Source: Octopus vulgaris (lineage: Eukaryota). Taken from it: a stretch of 64,000 bases of DNA. A model generated the notes under the pieces. The model made no database searches. It was not told the DNA's origin and saw only the letters and a program-made list of their open reading frames with translations. The stretch covers positions 10,416,001 to 10,480,000 of the forward strand of contig OX597837.1 in assembly GCA_951406725.2 (NCBI GenBank), read 5' to 3'. This document shows, in pieces, positions 41,929-55,380 of this stretch (position 1 is its first letter; every line of letters starts with the position of its first letter). Both the position numbers and the translations under genes were made by a program.

Positions 41929-43621
41929 CACGATCCTCTAAGAGGGCGAGAGGATATGGGATCTATTATTACTAGAATAAGGGTTAAATACGCTGAACAA
42001 AAATCTCGGTTAACAGAGTGACAAATATTCAATTGAAAGCGACAGGGTTCAGAAAGAAGACCACCTAGTGGCAGAATTAAGCGACAGTCGTAGGATAGTC
42101 ATAGTAGAAGGGGAGATAACCTGAAAGATAAATTGAATTGGGAAATATTCTTAAATATTTTACAATTGATGTTCTGCCGACGGACGAAAATGTAAAAAAA
42201 ACAATCAATAAGAATAACAATAATCTTATCTTCTATAGGCACAAGGTGTGTGTGTGTGGCGGGGTGTACCTGATTACATTAACCGTAGACGGCAACAAGA
42301 GGGCCCTGACGTTTTTTGTATGTCTTATATAAAGGAAAAGAAAAAAAAAACAGAACAAGAAATTGAGGAAAACATATACGGTGATACACACACACACACA
42401 TGTGTGTGTGTGTATGTGTGTACATGTCTATGCATGCTTGTGTGCGGGTAGGGCATGTACGTATGTATACGTATAAACATGCATCCATACTAGTGGACAC
42501 CCGGCGCAATTTCTGAAACTTAAGTATTGAGATTGTGTGTGTGTATGCATATATATACATATATATATATATTAAGTATGCATATATATATACACATACA
42601 TACATATATAGGTACATATATATATATATATACATATACAAGAATGTATATGCATGCATATAAATATACATATATATATACATACATATGTATGTGTGTG
42701 CGTGTGTTTGGATGGGCGTGTACGTATATGTTTGTGTAGATATATTTTATGCGTACGTTCTCGTGCATGTACGTGTGCATCTATCTTCACGTAAGTATAT
42801 GACACACACGCGCAGGCACAGCTGTCGTTCGTTTCTTCTTTGGAGGTGGGGAATTCACGCCAGCACAGGTGAACTTGAAGTCTCTCCTATCTCTATGTCT
42901 CTCCCCCCACACACAGAGTCACAAATGCCCACTTAAACCGAGATACATTTCACAGTATAGTGAAGCTACGAGAGCTTCCAATTTTACAACGAAACACAGA
43001 TACGGTATCGGCTAATTACATTTGGACGCATGTGTTTTACGACGACAGGTAAATAAAGAGAAGAAAAGAAAAGAGAGACGAGGACTCGGCGTTAGTTATA
43101 TGGAACTAATGATATTCTCGTGTTTTTGTGTACGAAGGGGGAAGGATGAAAGGAGATCTGAGGAGAGTACTACGGAAATATGTAACGGTTGTATTATGTT
43201 TGAACTGTATCACTCATTGGACTGCGGCCAGACTGGGGCACCGACCTGGAGCGATTGGCCGAGCTAACAGGTACTTTATTCTAGCGGGATATTTCTGGGT
43301 TTTTTTCTTTTTAACCGATTGTTAGTTTACGTGCAGAAACCATCGCTTACCAAGCGGATGTCATGCAGAGGGTGTACAAATACAGCAAACACACGCATAG
43401 ATACATACACACAAACGCATACAGACACGCACGTGTGCAGACGAACGGCTTCCACACAGTTTCTGTATACCAAATCGTTTCACAAGGCATTACTCGGTCA
43501 GGGGCTTAACCACACGGCTGCACCAGTGACAACATCTCAATTCCCCCATTATTAAATGTACAGTTACACAAAAATACAAATACGTACACAGAAAGACATA
43601 CACACACCCCAACACTCTTTC

Positions 43622-43659
<38 letters not shown>

Positions 43660-43670
43660 CATCCATCTAT

Positions 43671-44268
43671 CTGCGCCTCCTTCCTTCAAACGGGAAGGAA
43701 GAGCTATTTTCATCATCCTTGTGGCTATGAAGAAAGAATGTATCTGGTGGACGCGTCTGAAAGGATTGGAGACAAACACTTTCCTCTCTGGTCAATCTCT
43801 CATCAACTTCTTCAAGTACCACTTGAAAAGGAAAGTGAGAGTAGAGAGGCAAGTGTTGTCTAGCGAATGTTTCAAAAAAAGATAGGTGAATGTAGCAAGG
43901 ACTGACGAAGCCACCTTGAGCATGATCCTATGAAACCGGAAAATTTAAAACAGAGGGCTACCTACTTGCAAACAAATGTGGTAACATGTAACATTATTGA
44001 CCGAGGTTACCGTGGTCTTTTCCGTAGGCTTTTGTTCCCACGGATAGACCTTATCTGCTTCCCCCTTTACACTTTACATCACGACAGTGATACACGATCC
44101 CTATTGATCGGGTTTTTTTCTTCTCCCTTTTTTTTTCTTCTTTCTCTTTTAAGATCCCTTTTGATCGAAAACCTGCCACACCCTTCTCCCCCCCCCCCCT
44201 CCAAAGAAAAGCTCTACTTTGTAATCTGTCCCGTCTGTGTGCAGCCCTGTGTGGCTAATAAAGAAACA
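43671..44268 (+). mobile_element. 5'-truncated Tx1/L1-clade non-LTR retrotransposon (ORF2 C-terminus plus 3' UTR)
   Basis: Translation ILVAMKKECIWWTRLKG...LINFFKYHLKRKVRVERQVLSSECFKKR* matches the K-x-x-I-W-x-x-R and F-x-x-R-W pattern of L1/Tx1 ORF2 C-termini, with W replaced by TAG. U-rich 3' UTR, AATAAA at 44257-44262, (TATC)n on both sides. Confidence 0.75.
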
Positions 44269-44504
44269 TATCTATCTATCTATCTATCTCCCACCCACCA
44301 ATATACCAACACACATTCAGAAATCAATATCAAAACAACTGTAATACCAACACATGGCGGTATTAACCATTTTGATTCACGCAGACAAATTCACTGCTGT
44401 GGATTGTTTAATCTCTTAAACCCAAAGGGGATCAACTGTTCGATGAACCCAGTAAAGACAGTAACCAAATTCCCTCAAATCACGTGTGTGTGTGCGTGCG
44501 TGTA

Positions 44505-44880
44505 TGTAATGTTTAATGTCCGCTTTCCATGCTGGCATGGGTTGGACGGTTCGATTGAAAACTAGTAAACCAGAGAGCTGCACCAAGTTCCAATTTGATT
44601 TGGCAACGTTTCTACGACGGATGCCCTCCCTTATGCCAACCACTCCAAGAGTGCAGTGGGTGCATTTTTACGTACCACCGGCAGGGGGGCCATTGACCTA
44701 ACACCGGCATCGGCCGCGACTACGATTTCACTTGGCTTGACTAGCCTACACAAGCACAGCACATCGCCCCCAACGTCTGAAGGGTGCCTTTTAGGTGCCA
44801 TTTTTGCGACACTGGAATCGGCCACGACCGCGATCCCGCTTCATTTGACGGGCCTTCTCAAACATGGCATATCGCCACCC
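44505..44880 (-). mobile_element. SINE/LINE 3'-end fragment with ccatgctagcatggaaa.cggacgttaaa tail family
   Basis: tttaatgtccgctttccatgctggcatgggttggacgg...ggatgccctcccttatgccaacc. The same tail occurs at about 38041, 38237, 39600 and 40706, usually next to (GAT)n. Confidence 0.65.
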
Positions 44881-44885
44881 ACACA

Positions 44886-44917
<32 letters not shown>

Positions 44918-45499
44918 ACTGGCAGATAGTTCGTCGGTTACAACGACGAGGGTTCCAGTTAAATCGATCAACGAAGCGACCTGCTCATGAAACCATAAAC
45001 ATGTAAAGGGCTCAGTGCACCACAGACACGCGTACCCCTAACCTAGTTCTCTGGGAGATCCAGTGAGACCATAGAGTGTGACAAGACTGGCCCTCTTGAA
45101 TTGCAGGTACAACTTATTTTTGCCAGCTGAGTGGACTGGAGCAACGTGAAATAAAGAATCTTGCTTAAGGACACAACGACCCCCACCTCCGGGTCGCATA
45201 CTCTAACCACTGAGCCATGCATCTACACACACACACACACACACACACGAATGGGTTATCTGATATTGCTAGAACTCTTTCGTTAGGAATCTTTATTGTA
45301 TCATAAGCATCAGGAATCAGATTGTTTAATACGTTACGTAACCCCTAACTGATCAGGCAACCAGGTAAGACAGGTGAGCGCCGACTTAATTGATTGATCA
45401 ACAGATTATCCCTCATAATTGAAATTTTTCTCTCTCTCTGTCGCCAGCTAGCTAGCTAGATAGATTCCAAAAGAAAACAGGTGATGGCACAACAAACAG

Positions 45500-45620
45500 G
45501 TGCATTCGTTTGACTCTCAGGAAGAATGGGAAAATATCGACGTTTCGAGCCTTCGCACTTCAAAGGAAAGGGAGGGAGGGAGTGGAGAGAGAAAACAATC
45601 TGTGGGGGTAACAGTTTCAC
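45500..45620 (-). mobile_element. Penelope-like repeat fragment with a degenerate hammerhead core
   Basis: Minus strand reads tttgaagtgcgaaggctcGAAACGTC...cttcctgagagtcaaa, sharing its layout and downstream ttcctgag.gtcaaa with the copy at 48395-48540. Confidence 0.45.
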
Positions 45621-45674
45621 ATGAGACAGTCAGACAGGTAGGTAGGTAGGTAGGTAGGTAGGTAGGTAGGTAGG

Positions 45675-45757
<83 letters not shown>

Positions 45758-46140
45758 GATAGACAGACAGAAAAGCAGATAGAAAGACAAAGACAGATAG
45801 ATAGACAAACAGAGAGACAGACAGACAGACAGATAGATAGATAGATAGATAGATAGAGAGAAAGAGATATTGTGCTCGCGTCTGCCAGTGGGCTAGATCT
45901 GAGAGAAGTAACAACCAAGTCTCCGAACAAACACTGTTTAAAAACCAAAAATGAAAAGGAGGTACTACATAACGTAGTCTTAGACACGTTGTCCGAGAAA
46001 AGTACAGCCGGCGAGATTTAATAACAAGCTCGTCCCATGTCCACATGTCAGGTGTCAGGTGTCAGGTGTCATTTGGCATTGCTGGCACAGGAAAAGAAAT
46101 CACCGCTTCCCGTTTCACCTGAGGGCTCTAAAAATTTTAC

Positions 46141-46170
46141 CTGTCCATCGCTTGCTCCTGTGCGCAAGGC
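46141..46170 (-). other. Candidate 30-nt (or 17-nt) microexon
   Basis: cactaac ggtcgcAG|gccttgcgcacaggagcaagcgatggacag|GTAAAA: CACTAAC just upstream and a CAG|GTAA donor at 46140. The polypyrimidine tract is poor. Confidence 0.25.
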
Positions 46171-46397
46171 CTGCGACCGTTAGTGTAGCGATGCATCCGC
46201 ACATAAATATGCAAGCCTGGGCAAGTGCAAGTATTTTTTGCCTGTTTCTTACGGAGAAAGAATATTAGTTGCGCAATGATGGCTCTGTGGTTGAGAATTT
46301 ATCCGACCACGTGGTCTGGACTTCAGTCCATGGCACGGCGTCTTAGGCAAGTGTCTTCTACTATAGCACAGACATGACCAATGCGTTGTAGGTGACC

Positions 46398-46695
46398 ATT
46401 TCGGTTTGAACGGCAGTTTTTTTTAAATAATTTCCACGTAACTAAACACTTTTAAACTTCGTATACTGGTAGAATATGTTTATGAAATATCTTTTTCTCT
46501 TGGCTTTATTGAGAAAATTCTATAGTTTGTAAGATATTTGTAGTTTTTTTTTTATCTTCAATTTCTGCAATTTCAATGGCGTCCATTGAAGTAAAAAACA
46601 TTCTGCGTCGTATGAATATGTCCCTCGTTTAAAAAACAGATTGAGTTTATTTACATTTGTGAAGAAAAAAAGATACCCTAACCCTGACCCTAAAT
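46398..46695 (+). mobile_element. 3'-truncated copy of the 41535 MITE
   Basis: ttcggtttgaacggcagtttttt...tatgaatatgtccctcgtttaa...gataccctaaccctgaccctaaa aligns with about 41540-41830. Confidence 0.85.
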
Positions 46696-48236
46696 ATCTG
46701 GTACTGAGCTCAAAGGAGAAATCAATTTACTTCAGGTGTTATGTCGATTAGGCATTTAATTAGGCATTTACATCCAGTTTAAGGCAGCCAATAGCTACGC
46801 CGTTAGATCATCGGACAGAGCGTTTGCAGGATTCGTTCGAGAGTCTCTGGAGCGCAAATTACGCCATGGCCGCCCATGTCTTTCATAGCAGCTTGACTCA
46901 TCGGGGTCGATGAATAGAACAGGGCACCTCGCTCTCTCTCCCTCTCCTCCCCTCAATCAAGAACAAGAAGACTTCGGCTATGTTCAGACCGTCAGAGAGT
47001 CGGGCTCCCGTGGCTTTAATAAACACGCTGTATCACGGTGTCTCCGTTTACAGCTCCATCAGTTGAAGATCCCATGGAAGGGAAGATTTCCTATTTAACA
47101 AGAGCCTACAATTATTTGGTCGAGTATCCCAGTGGCCTGGGGAGACCCTCACGACAGAGGACCATAAATGCCCCTCTTCAACCATTTAACTTCACCGTTG
47201 ACATGACACTGAGCGAACTTGGCTGATTACGAGACAGAAAGAGAGATAGAGAAAGCGAGCATTATACTTGACTGGCATTTTTTTTTTTTTTTTACCAGTC
47301 ACGAAAGGAAGGGAGGCACAGTTGCCCCGACGAGGGTTACAGTCTTAAAGCACCGCTGGAAGCTGGAACAAATACTACGAGGTATGCCGCAGTTATTTTC
47401 CAATGATAAAAGCTTAAGATCATAACGCCGTCCCAGCTTAAAATTATAGTTATTTAAACACACGAATGCTATGCGTGTGTGTGTGTGCCCGCGCCTCTCC
47501 TCGTCGTGATATTTTCTAGGCGAGTGCCGCTGCTGGCGTACCAGCGATGTTATTCGTTTCCGACCTTTAGCATAATTATGCTCGGTCATGGAGAATTATT
47601 ACCTTCCTTGAAAGCAACAGAAGTTGCCTGAAAGATGGGTATCCAGTTGTAGAAAAGATGCTTTAACGAATTCCACCGAACTCGTACAAACACGGAAGAA
47701 TTAGTCGCTTAAGCAAACACACACACAAACATACATAGACACGCACACATACACATACACATATATATATACACATATAGACATATATAAAACACAGACA
47801 CATACACACGTATGTAAATTTACATAGTAGCCACACAAACATGTCAAATTTTGGTGGGGGTTGAACTGCCTTTATCGGGGTCTCATCAGTTGTCTACCTT
47901 ACTTGACCAATCCCTGATAAAAGACCAATCCCTGATAAAACAAGCCGTCAACACCTTCACATACATAGCAAATGCAGAAGCAGCAGTGTTTAACATATAT
48001 TTTATAAACACACACATACAAAACATATATATATATGTATACATACACACAACATATAAAAATGTATATACAACGTAGACATAAATTATACACATACATA
48101 CATATATATTATATATGTATCTATACACACACAAATATATATTCGCATATAAACATCCATTACACATGTGGAGACGACATGTTGGATTGTTAGTATGGCT
48201 GTTTTTGTATGAGGAATAATATAACATATTCTTTTC

Positions 48237-48290
<54 letters not shown>

Positions 48291-48394
48291 ACACAATCAC
48301 ACACATTATATACAGAAATATATAAATGCATATATATATCATATATTTATAAAGAATATTTAAATTCTCTCTCTCTCTCTCTCTGTATATGTGA

Positions 48395-48540
48395 CCACGT
48401 GTGTATCGTTGGCGATTTTCTTTCTCCGTCTTCCCTTCTTTGAAGTTTTTCTATATTTCTGACGAAGAGCCTCGCTCGAAACTTGAAATCCCCTTTCTTT
48501 TCTTTCCTTTCCTTTCCTGAGCGTCAAATATCGACACCAA
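48395..48540 (+). mobile_element. Penelope-like repeat fragment containing a minimal hammerhead core
   Basis: CTGACGA (48459-48465) plus an extra A, stem II gagc-ctc-gctc, GAAAC (48478-48482). Stem III and the cleavage triplet look mutated. Confidence 0.55.
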
Positions 48541-49448
48541 CTTACATTTATAAACTATAGTGTGTGTGTGTGTGTGTGTGCGAATTAGACAACCGCCTGT
48601 CGATAGCCAGTTAACAAAAATCACATATAAAATTAATGGTTAACATATTATAACCCCGTTGGCCCTTAAGTTCTTGCACTTCTTAATTATTTGTTTCAAA
48701 TTTTGGTACACCGAAAGGGATGACAAACAAAGTCGACCTGGGCGGAATTTGGACGGTGTCCCAACGATCTTGCCAGCTCAACGCCTTATACTTGCTGAGT
48801 CATTAAAGCAGAAAATTACGAGAGTGATTAAAAGTGCAACAGATTCCGGAGTTCCCAAGCAGTTGCCTTTCCAAGTCCCATACGACATGGGAAAAAAACC
48901 TTAAAACAACAAGAAAAACTGTTCCACACACTAGGAATTTTAAGATTCTGAAAAGCATTTCAGTTTTTCGAAATATTTCAATTTTTGTCGACGCCCCACT
49001 TTCAATTTTTGTGCCGTGTTTCTTTCCCCATAAGGTACAAGACTTGGGGTGTAAGCTATGCCAAAATTGCGGTAAATAGAGAACCAGCCACGTATTGGGC
49101 ACGGTATCTGATCCCTAGTTTTTTTTTTTCTTCTTCCGGATACGAGGATCCATGAAACGAATATTCAAGCAATCATGCACCTCCACCATTCCTCTCAGAA
49201 ACAGGAACCGATAAACGTTAAATGGAACTGCTAGAAAGAAAAGCTAAATCTCATTTAAAGTACATCATTCTATATAAGTACGTAAGGACAGGCTGTGACT
49301 CATGTATGCTTAGAAACACTATGTTTGATTTGAAGAAAAAGATGAATAGTCACGTAATTCTTCGTCGTGTGTGTGCGTGTGTGTCAAAGAGAGAGAGTGT
49401 GTGTGTGTGTGTGTGAATGTGAAAGAGAGATTGTGTATGAAGAGTGTG

Positions 49449-49488
<40 letters not shown>

Positions 49489-49974
49489 GGGGTGTATGCG
49501 CGCATATGTACAAGCGTACGCGCTAGAGAGAGGGGGAGAGAGAGAGAGAGAGAGAGAAAGAAAGAGCGAAAAATGCTTCTCAAAAAGGCATTCGTTCCGT
49601 CACTGATTTCGTATGGGAAGACGTAGGTTCGAATCCTTCTGGATCCTTTCGTTAATCGTCATTCCGAGCTCGAATAAGCCAAACAGTCATACACTGAGGA
49701 CGTGTGTGTGTGTGTATGTGTGTGTGTGTAGACTATATCTGATCCCTTTCTTCCGAAATCCAACACCGTTGAAGTGGCCACGACGTGATATGAAACGAAT
49801 GGTCAAACGATCCTTGCACCCACAAACCCACCCACCCACCCCACTCCAACCAAGCTTCTCAGAAACAAGCATAAGGAACAAACACACACATACACACGCG
49901 CGCGCGCGAGCGCGTTCATTTCGAGTTCGAGCGTACTCGCGTGTGTGCGTGTTATATAAATCGTTATTGCATAG

Positions 49975-50251
49975 AAGAGAGAGAGAGAGAGTGAGACGGT
50001 GTGCAGAACGGTGGAGATCGTAATCGAGAGGGGTGGGATACTCCTCTCTCTCTCTCTCTCTCTCTCACCAACAGAAAGACAATAGAGAGGGTTATGGCCA
50101 GGGTGAAGAAAAGAGAGAGTAAGAAGGAGAGAGAGAGAGAGAGAGAGAGAGTAAGACAGGCATAGAGACGAGAGAGAAAGACACTAGTGACAAACTGAGG
50201 AAGGATTAGAGAGGTGGGGAGAAAAGGAGAGAAGGAAGTAATACAGAAAAG

Positions 50252-50289
<38 letters not shown>

Positions 50290-50905
50290 AGGTTGATAAG
50301 GAGAGAGAGAGAGAGAGCATGTCAAGGAGCATAAGACGACAGAGAGAAAAGCGAGGGAGAGATTGATTGAGAAAGAAGCGAAAGATGAGATGACAGAAAA
50401 AGAGAGAGGCAGTGCGGGGGAGGAGAGGGGAAGATAGAATGTCGGACTACAGTGGGGTGGAGAAAGGGTGGGACGTGTGGGAGAAAAATTTGAAGCGCGA
50501 AAGGAGAGGTTATTCAAGAGAAACAGAGAGAGAGAGAAGGAGAGTGTGAGTGAGGAAGAGGAGATGGAACAGGTAATGAAGCAGAGGAGAGAAGACGAGA
50601 AGGAGAGAGAGAAAGAAGAAGAAGAAGGGGAAGAAGTAGAAGAAGGAGGAGGACAAACAAATCCGAATACATAGAGAGAGACAGAGTGAGAGAGAGAGAA
50701 AGATACTATAAGAAACGGGAAAAGAATTGGAAAGACGAAAAACGAGAGACAGGGGGGGGGGGGGTGAAGAAAACTGAAAAAGAAAGAGAAAAAGGGTGAG
50801 GAGGAGGGGAGAACAAGAGAAACAGAAGGTGAAGAAGTGAGAGAGACGACAAAAGTAAAACAAGGAACAGAGGGGGTAAATGAAAGAGAGGATACGACGA
50901 AGAAA
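49975..50905. repeat. Long purine-rich (GA/GAA) low-complexity tract
   Basis: About 0.9 kb with strong purine strand bias. Similar tracts at 2857-3020 and 56615-56900. Confidence 0.9.
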
Positions 50906-51024
50906 CGATAGGGTGTGGGTGTGTGTGGGTGTCACTCCATGTTATGCACACATGCTTTAGACAATCCAAATGTGTGAGTGTCATCTGTAAATGGCGTGAC
51001 AACATAGCGTTCTGGTCTCTGAAC

Positions 51025-51063
<39 letters not shown>

Positions 51064-51093
51064 TGTATATATCTCCGAGAGATACGTACGTGA

Positions 51094-51126
<33 letters not shown>

Positions 51127-51509
51127 TGTATGTGATTCTGCATTTATGTATGTATGAGTATGTGTATGTCTGAATATATATGGGTACGTGTGAACGTATG
51201 TATGTATGTATATTACCTACGCATGTTCATAATTGTGAGTATATATATTAGATATGCACATGCATGATTGTAAGAATATATATATGTATGTATGTATGTA
51301 TGAATGTGTGTGTGTGTGTGTGCATATATACTTGAATGCGTGAGTATATGAGCGTGCATATAGGCATGCATACATCTGTATATGTATGTATATATTCGTC
51401 TACATATGCACATGTGTGACTGGGAATGTAGACGGGTGTGTATATACGAGTATGTATGAATGTATATTACATACGTATGTTCCTAATTGTATTTTACGCG
51501 TGTATGTTC

Positions 51510-51545
<36 letters not shown>

Positions 51546-51627
51546 ACATATATATACAAGTATACTTCTACGTGTGCATACGACCGTGCATGTATGCACG
51601 GGTATATCTATGTGTATATATGCTTGC

Positions 51628-51705
<78 letters not shown>

Positions 51706-52136
51706 CGACGTGTAGGAATGCACACGCATGTGGCTAAGTAGATGTCTTCGTGTCCATATTCTTAATCTCACCGTCGCACCCGTGTATAAATCTATGCTTG
51801 TTGGCCCGTTATATGTATACTCGGATTCGGTGTTCGGGAACCATAATGCTTCCATTTGTACCCAGGCATGCCTTCTGCCTCCGTACATGTGTGTGTGTGT
51901 GTGTGTGTAATTTTAAATGTAATGCAGGTGTGAATATAAGTGTGACCATGTGAGCAAAAGTGTACGTACGTATGACGTGCGTGTGTTTGTGTGTATGTGC
52001 GTATGAGTTTTCAGTCATACATAGAAACTCACAATAAACAAACACATATACGTATTGGTGGTGCGTACCTATATATACATATATATACACACACACAACA
52101 TGCCTGTGTGAGAACAGACAGACAGACAGATAGATT

Positions 52137-52206
<70 letters not shown>

Positions 52207-53094
52207 GGTATAAAAGTCGTGTGTTGAGTCTATTTTACGAAGATTTTTCGTATGGAAATGCGCACACACGTGCACTTTGTATACATACATATGTATTATG
52301 TACAGGTCACTATATGTAGGCAAACGTGTAATCAGATTTATGCATATATAGAGATATTTACCTATATACATATGCAAATATTATATACATACACATACAT
52401 ATACATATATGGTGTGTGTGTGTGTGTGTGTATACAGACAGACAGACAGTTTGTCGGAGACGTATATAAACATCGACCTCCAGGTACCAAACCCCGAGTG
52501 GACAGTGTGGAATCGCCACGCTTGGACTCTCGGTAAACGGTGCTTCGACGCTTATAAAACATGAAAATGTTACTTTAATCCCAATATCATTAATTAGTCT
52601 CACTAATCACAGGAGCCTTCGTTGGTTCACAAAGAACCATTTACGTAACACGTGTAGGAGTCTTCGAATGCCTCACAAAAATTCGAAGGTACGTTGTTTT
52701 TATTTTTGTAAAGTATAGCAAAAGGGATTAATTAAACCATATTTAATTAATTAACATTAGTAGTCATTTATGTTAAACTGGTGATCTTATTGGTGGGTGA
52801 ACTGCAGCAAGTCGGTTTTATATGGACCCTTTCCGTTCCGTACCGTACCGTGAGATCATTCCTTATGTAGAAATCCGTTAAGATTACCTGGATATATGTA
52901 CGTATGTGTGAGCGTGCGTGTAGATACGTATATGGATATGTGAAAACGTTCTACTGAAACATACGTTTATATGTTTATGCGTACATGAGTGTTTAGAATG
53001 GGATAAAAGATAAGATGAGACATTCAAATCGATAGCGAAATCTCGGGAAGAAAGAATGAAAGAGAGACTAGAGAGAGAGAAAGAGAGAGTTAGA

Positions 53095-53185
53095 TAGACA
53101 GACAGTTATTCAGATAGACAGACAGTTATTCAGATAGACAGACAGTTATTCAGATAGACCGATAGTTATTCAGATAGACCGACAG
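53095..53185. repeat. 20-bp tandem repeat (agatagacagacagttattc), about 4.5 copies
   Basis: Directly visible. Confidence 0.9.
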
Positions 53186-53538
53186 CTAGGCTGATATGAA
53201 TTATGTTTGGAGAAGAGATAAGATTTGATGAGCTTTTAAGATGAAAGAAATGAGAGGAAAAAGGAGTTCAGATATATAATAAATACATACGGTTTTCCGT
53301 TTTTGTTATTCTTTCGCTGTAGCATCACCATTTTGAAGAAAGAATACGAGGGAAAGTTAGGCGAATGAAAATAAACCGAAGTGACAGACGGACAGGCAGA
53401 CAGACAGAGAGATGATAAGAAGGGGAGGAGGAAAGACTAAGAGTTACAGAGAAGGAGGGAGATATATAAAAATAGGGAGAGAGAGAAAGAGAAAATGAGA
53501 GAGAGAGAGCACGGTTAAGAAGGTTGGAGGAAAACGAA

Positions 53539-53760
53539 GCGCATGCGCAATGGCTGCCACCTTCTGCACTCACGTCTAGTGTAGAACGATGTTGCGTATA
53601 GATGGATGCATGGATGGTTAGACGGATGAATTGTTCGACTGGCTGCCTGGCTGGTTGGTTGGTTGGTCGGCTGGAGAGAGAGGGAAGGAGGGATGGTGGG
53701 AGATAGAGAGTGTTATTGGAAGAGAGGGTGGCGGTGGATGCAGCGCGTCTGCTGCCCTCC
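53539..53760 (-). promoter_or_regulatory. Candidate first exon / promoter of the minus-strand transcript
   Basis: Donor agac|GTGAGT at 53573, NRF1/Ewg-type palindrome GCGCATGCGCA at 53539-53549, and a GC-richer 5' UTR-like segment upstream. Confidence 0.3.
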
Positions 53761-53865
53761 CCCTCTCTCTGTCTCGAATCAAGAAAGGTCCGATATCACA
53801 TCCTCAACTTACCCCCTCTCCCCTTCACTGCACACACACACACAATATAAATGCAGTATAATTAT

Positions 53866-53914
<49 letters not shown>

Positions 53915-54181
53915 AATACATGCTACATAAATGCATATTATATAATATTTATAGATTAGCAAGAGAAAGAGAGGGAAAACGGTGAATGCACGGTTGTAAT
54001 TATATAAAGATGTATACACACACACACACACATCCATACACACATCCAGCTATCTGTTGATATGCATACATACATGTATACACATACGTACATACACATT
54101 TTTGCTTGTATATCTGATGTGTGTGTGTATGTGCAAAGTTAAATCTGTGTGTAATAAAACTATATGCACACGCGTATGCAA

Positions 54182-54241
<60 letters not shown>

Positions 54242-54324
54242 TAAATACAGGTGTGTATGTATGTTTTACGGTATATGTATCTATCTACCTGAATATATCA
54301 CTACGCACACATCTACCTGCCCAT

Positions 54325-54362
<38 letters not shown>

Positions 54363-54659
54363 GCACATGTCTTGCGCAAGGACTCCTCTCTCTCTTTCTC
54401 TCTCTCTCTTTATCTCTATCTATCTATCTATCCATTTGTCTACCTATCTATCTACCTACCTACCTATCTGTCAGTTTGTCTTTCCATATATCTATCTGTC
54501 AATCACCAATTCGATAGACAGACAAAATGCGACAAGGAATAACGGAATATTCTTGTCGACTGAGTTTTAAGAATTTTACCATTTTCTCTCAATTCACAAT
54601 TTGTATTCCTTAACACATCACTCCCCCTCCCCCCTCAATACTAATTATTCCATTAAATA

Positions 54660-55380
54660 CTCTCCCACCATCACTCATTATCATCACCACCACGATTATT
54701 ATTATTATTGGTATTATTATTATTATTATCAATATTATTTATCTTTACTATTATCACCATCATCAAAATAATGGCGCTTCTGTCCATGGCCAACACCACG
54801 GTTTCCGTCCGTCACAGTCGTCGTCAGAATCTACACTACGACACTGACAACAGCACTACCACTCACTACTACCAATGCCACCTCCACCACTATTAGCGAT
54901 ACTATTTACCCCTCTCCCCCCACTGCTGTCTACAATAACCGGGACCACGGCTAACACTACCACCCCTACCACTAAATCTCCAATAACCACCAGCAGCACT
55001 GCCCATACTCCTACCACCACCACCATCGCAATGAACATTACCACCACCACTACTATAACTGCTACCACCACAGTGTCAACACCAGTACTACTATCACCGC
55101 CACTATAGTCATAACATCACAACTACTACAACCACCACCAAAAGCACTACTACCACTACTGTAACCAGAGCTACAATAACCACTACTATCACTATCTACA
55201 TTGCTACAGCCAATACTAGCAACGGAACCACCAACACTACATCACGAAGGTTACCAATGCCACCACCGCCACCACCATCACCACCACCAGCATCGCTATA
55301 ACCACTGCTGCCAACACCAACTACTGCCGTTGACCACAACACTACCACCGAGACTAGAACCACAACCACTGCCATCAACC
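54660..55380. repeat. Degenerate (ACC/ACT/ATC)n trinucleotide low-complexity block
   Basis: Directly visible. Similar blocks at 17100-17500 and 29340-29860. Confidence 0.85.

Noticed and set aside
49951-49960. TATA box (gttatataaa) near a CG-rich patch
   Set aside because: Readable on either strand, and TA runs are ubiquitous here; there is no independent support for a TSS.
52851-52872. tgagatcatt resembling bantam miRNA
   Set aside because: Only the first 10 nt match, the 3' half differs, and there is no complementary arm.
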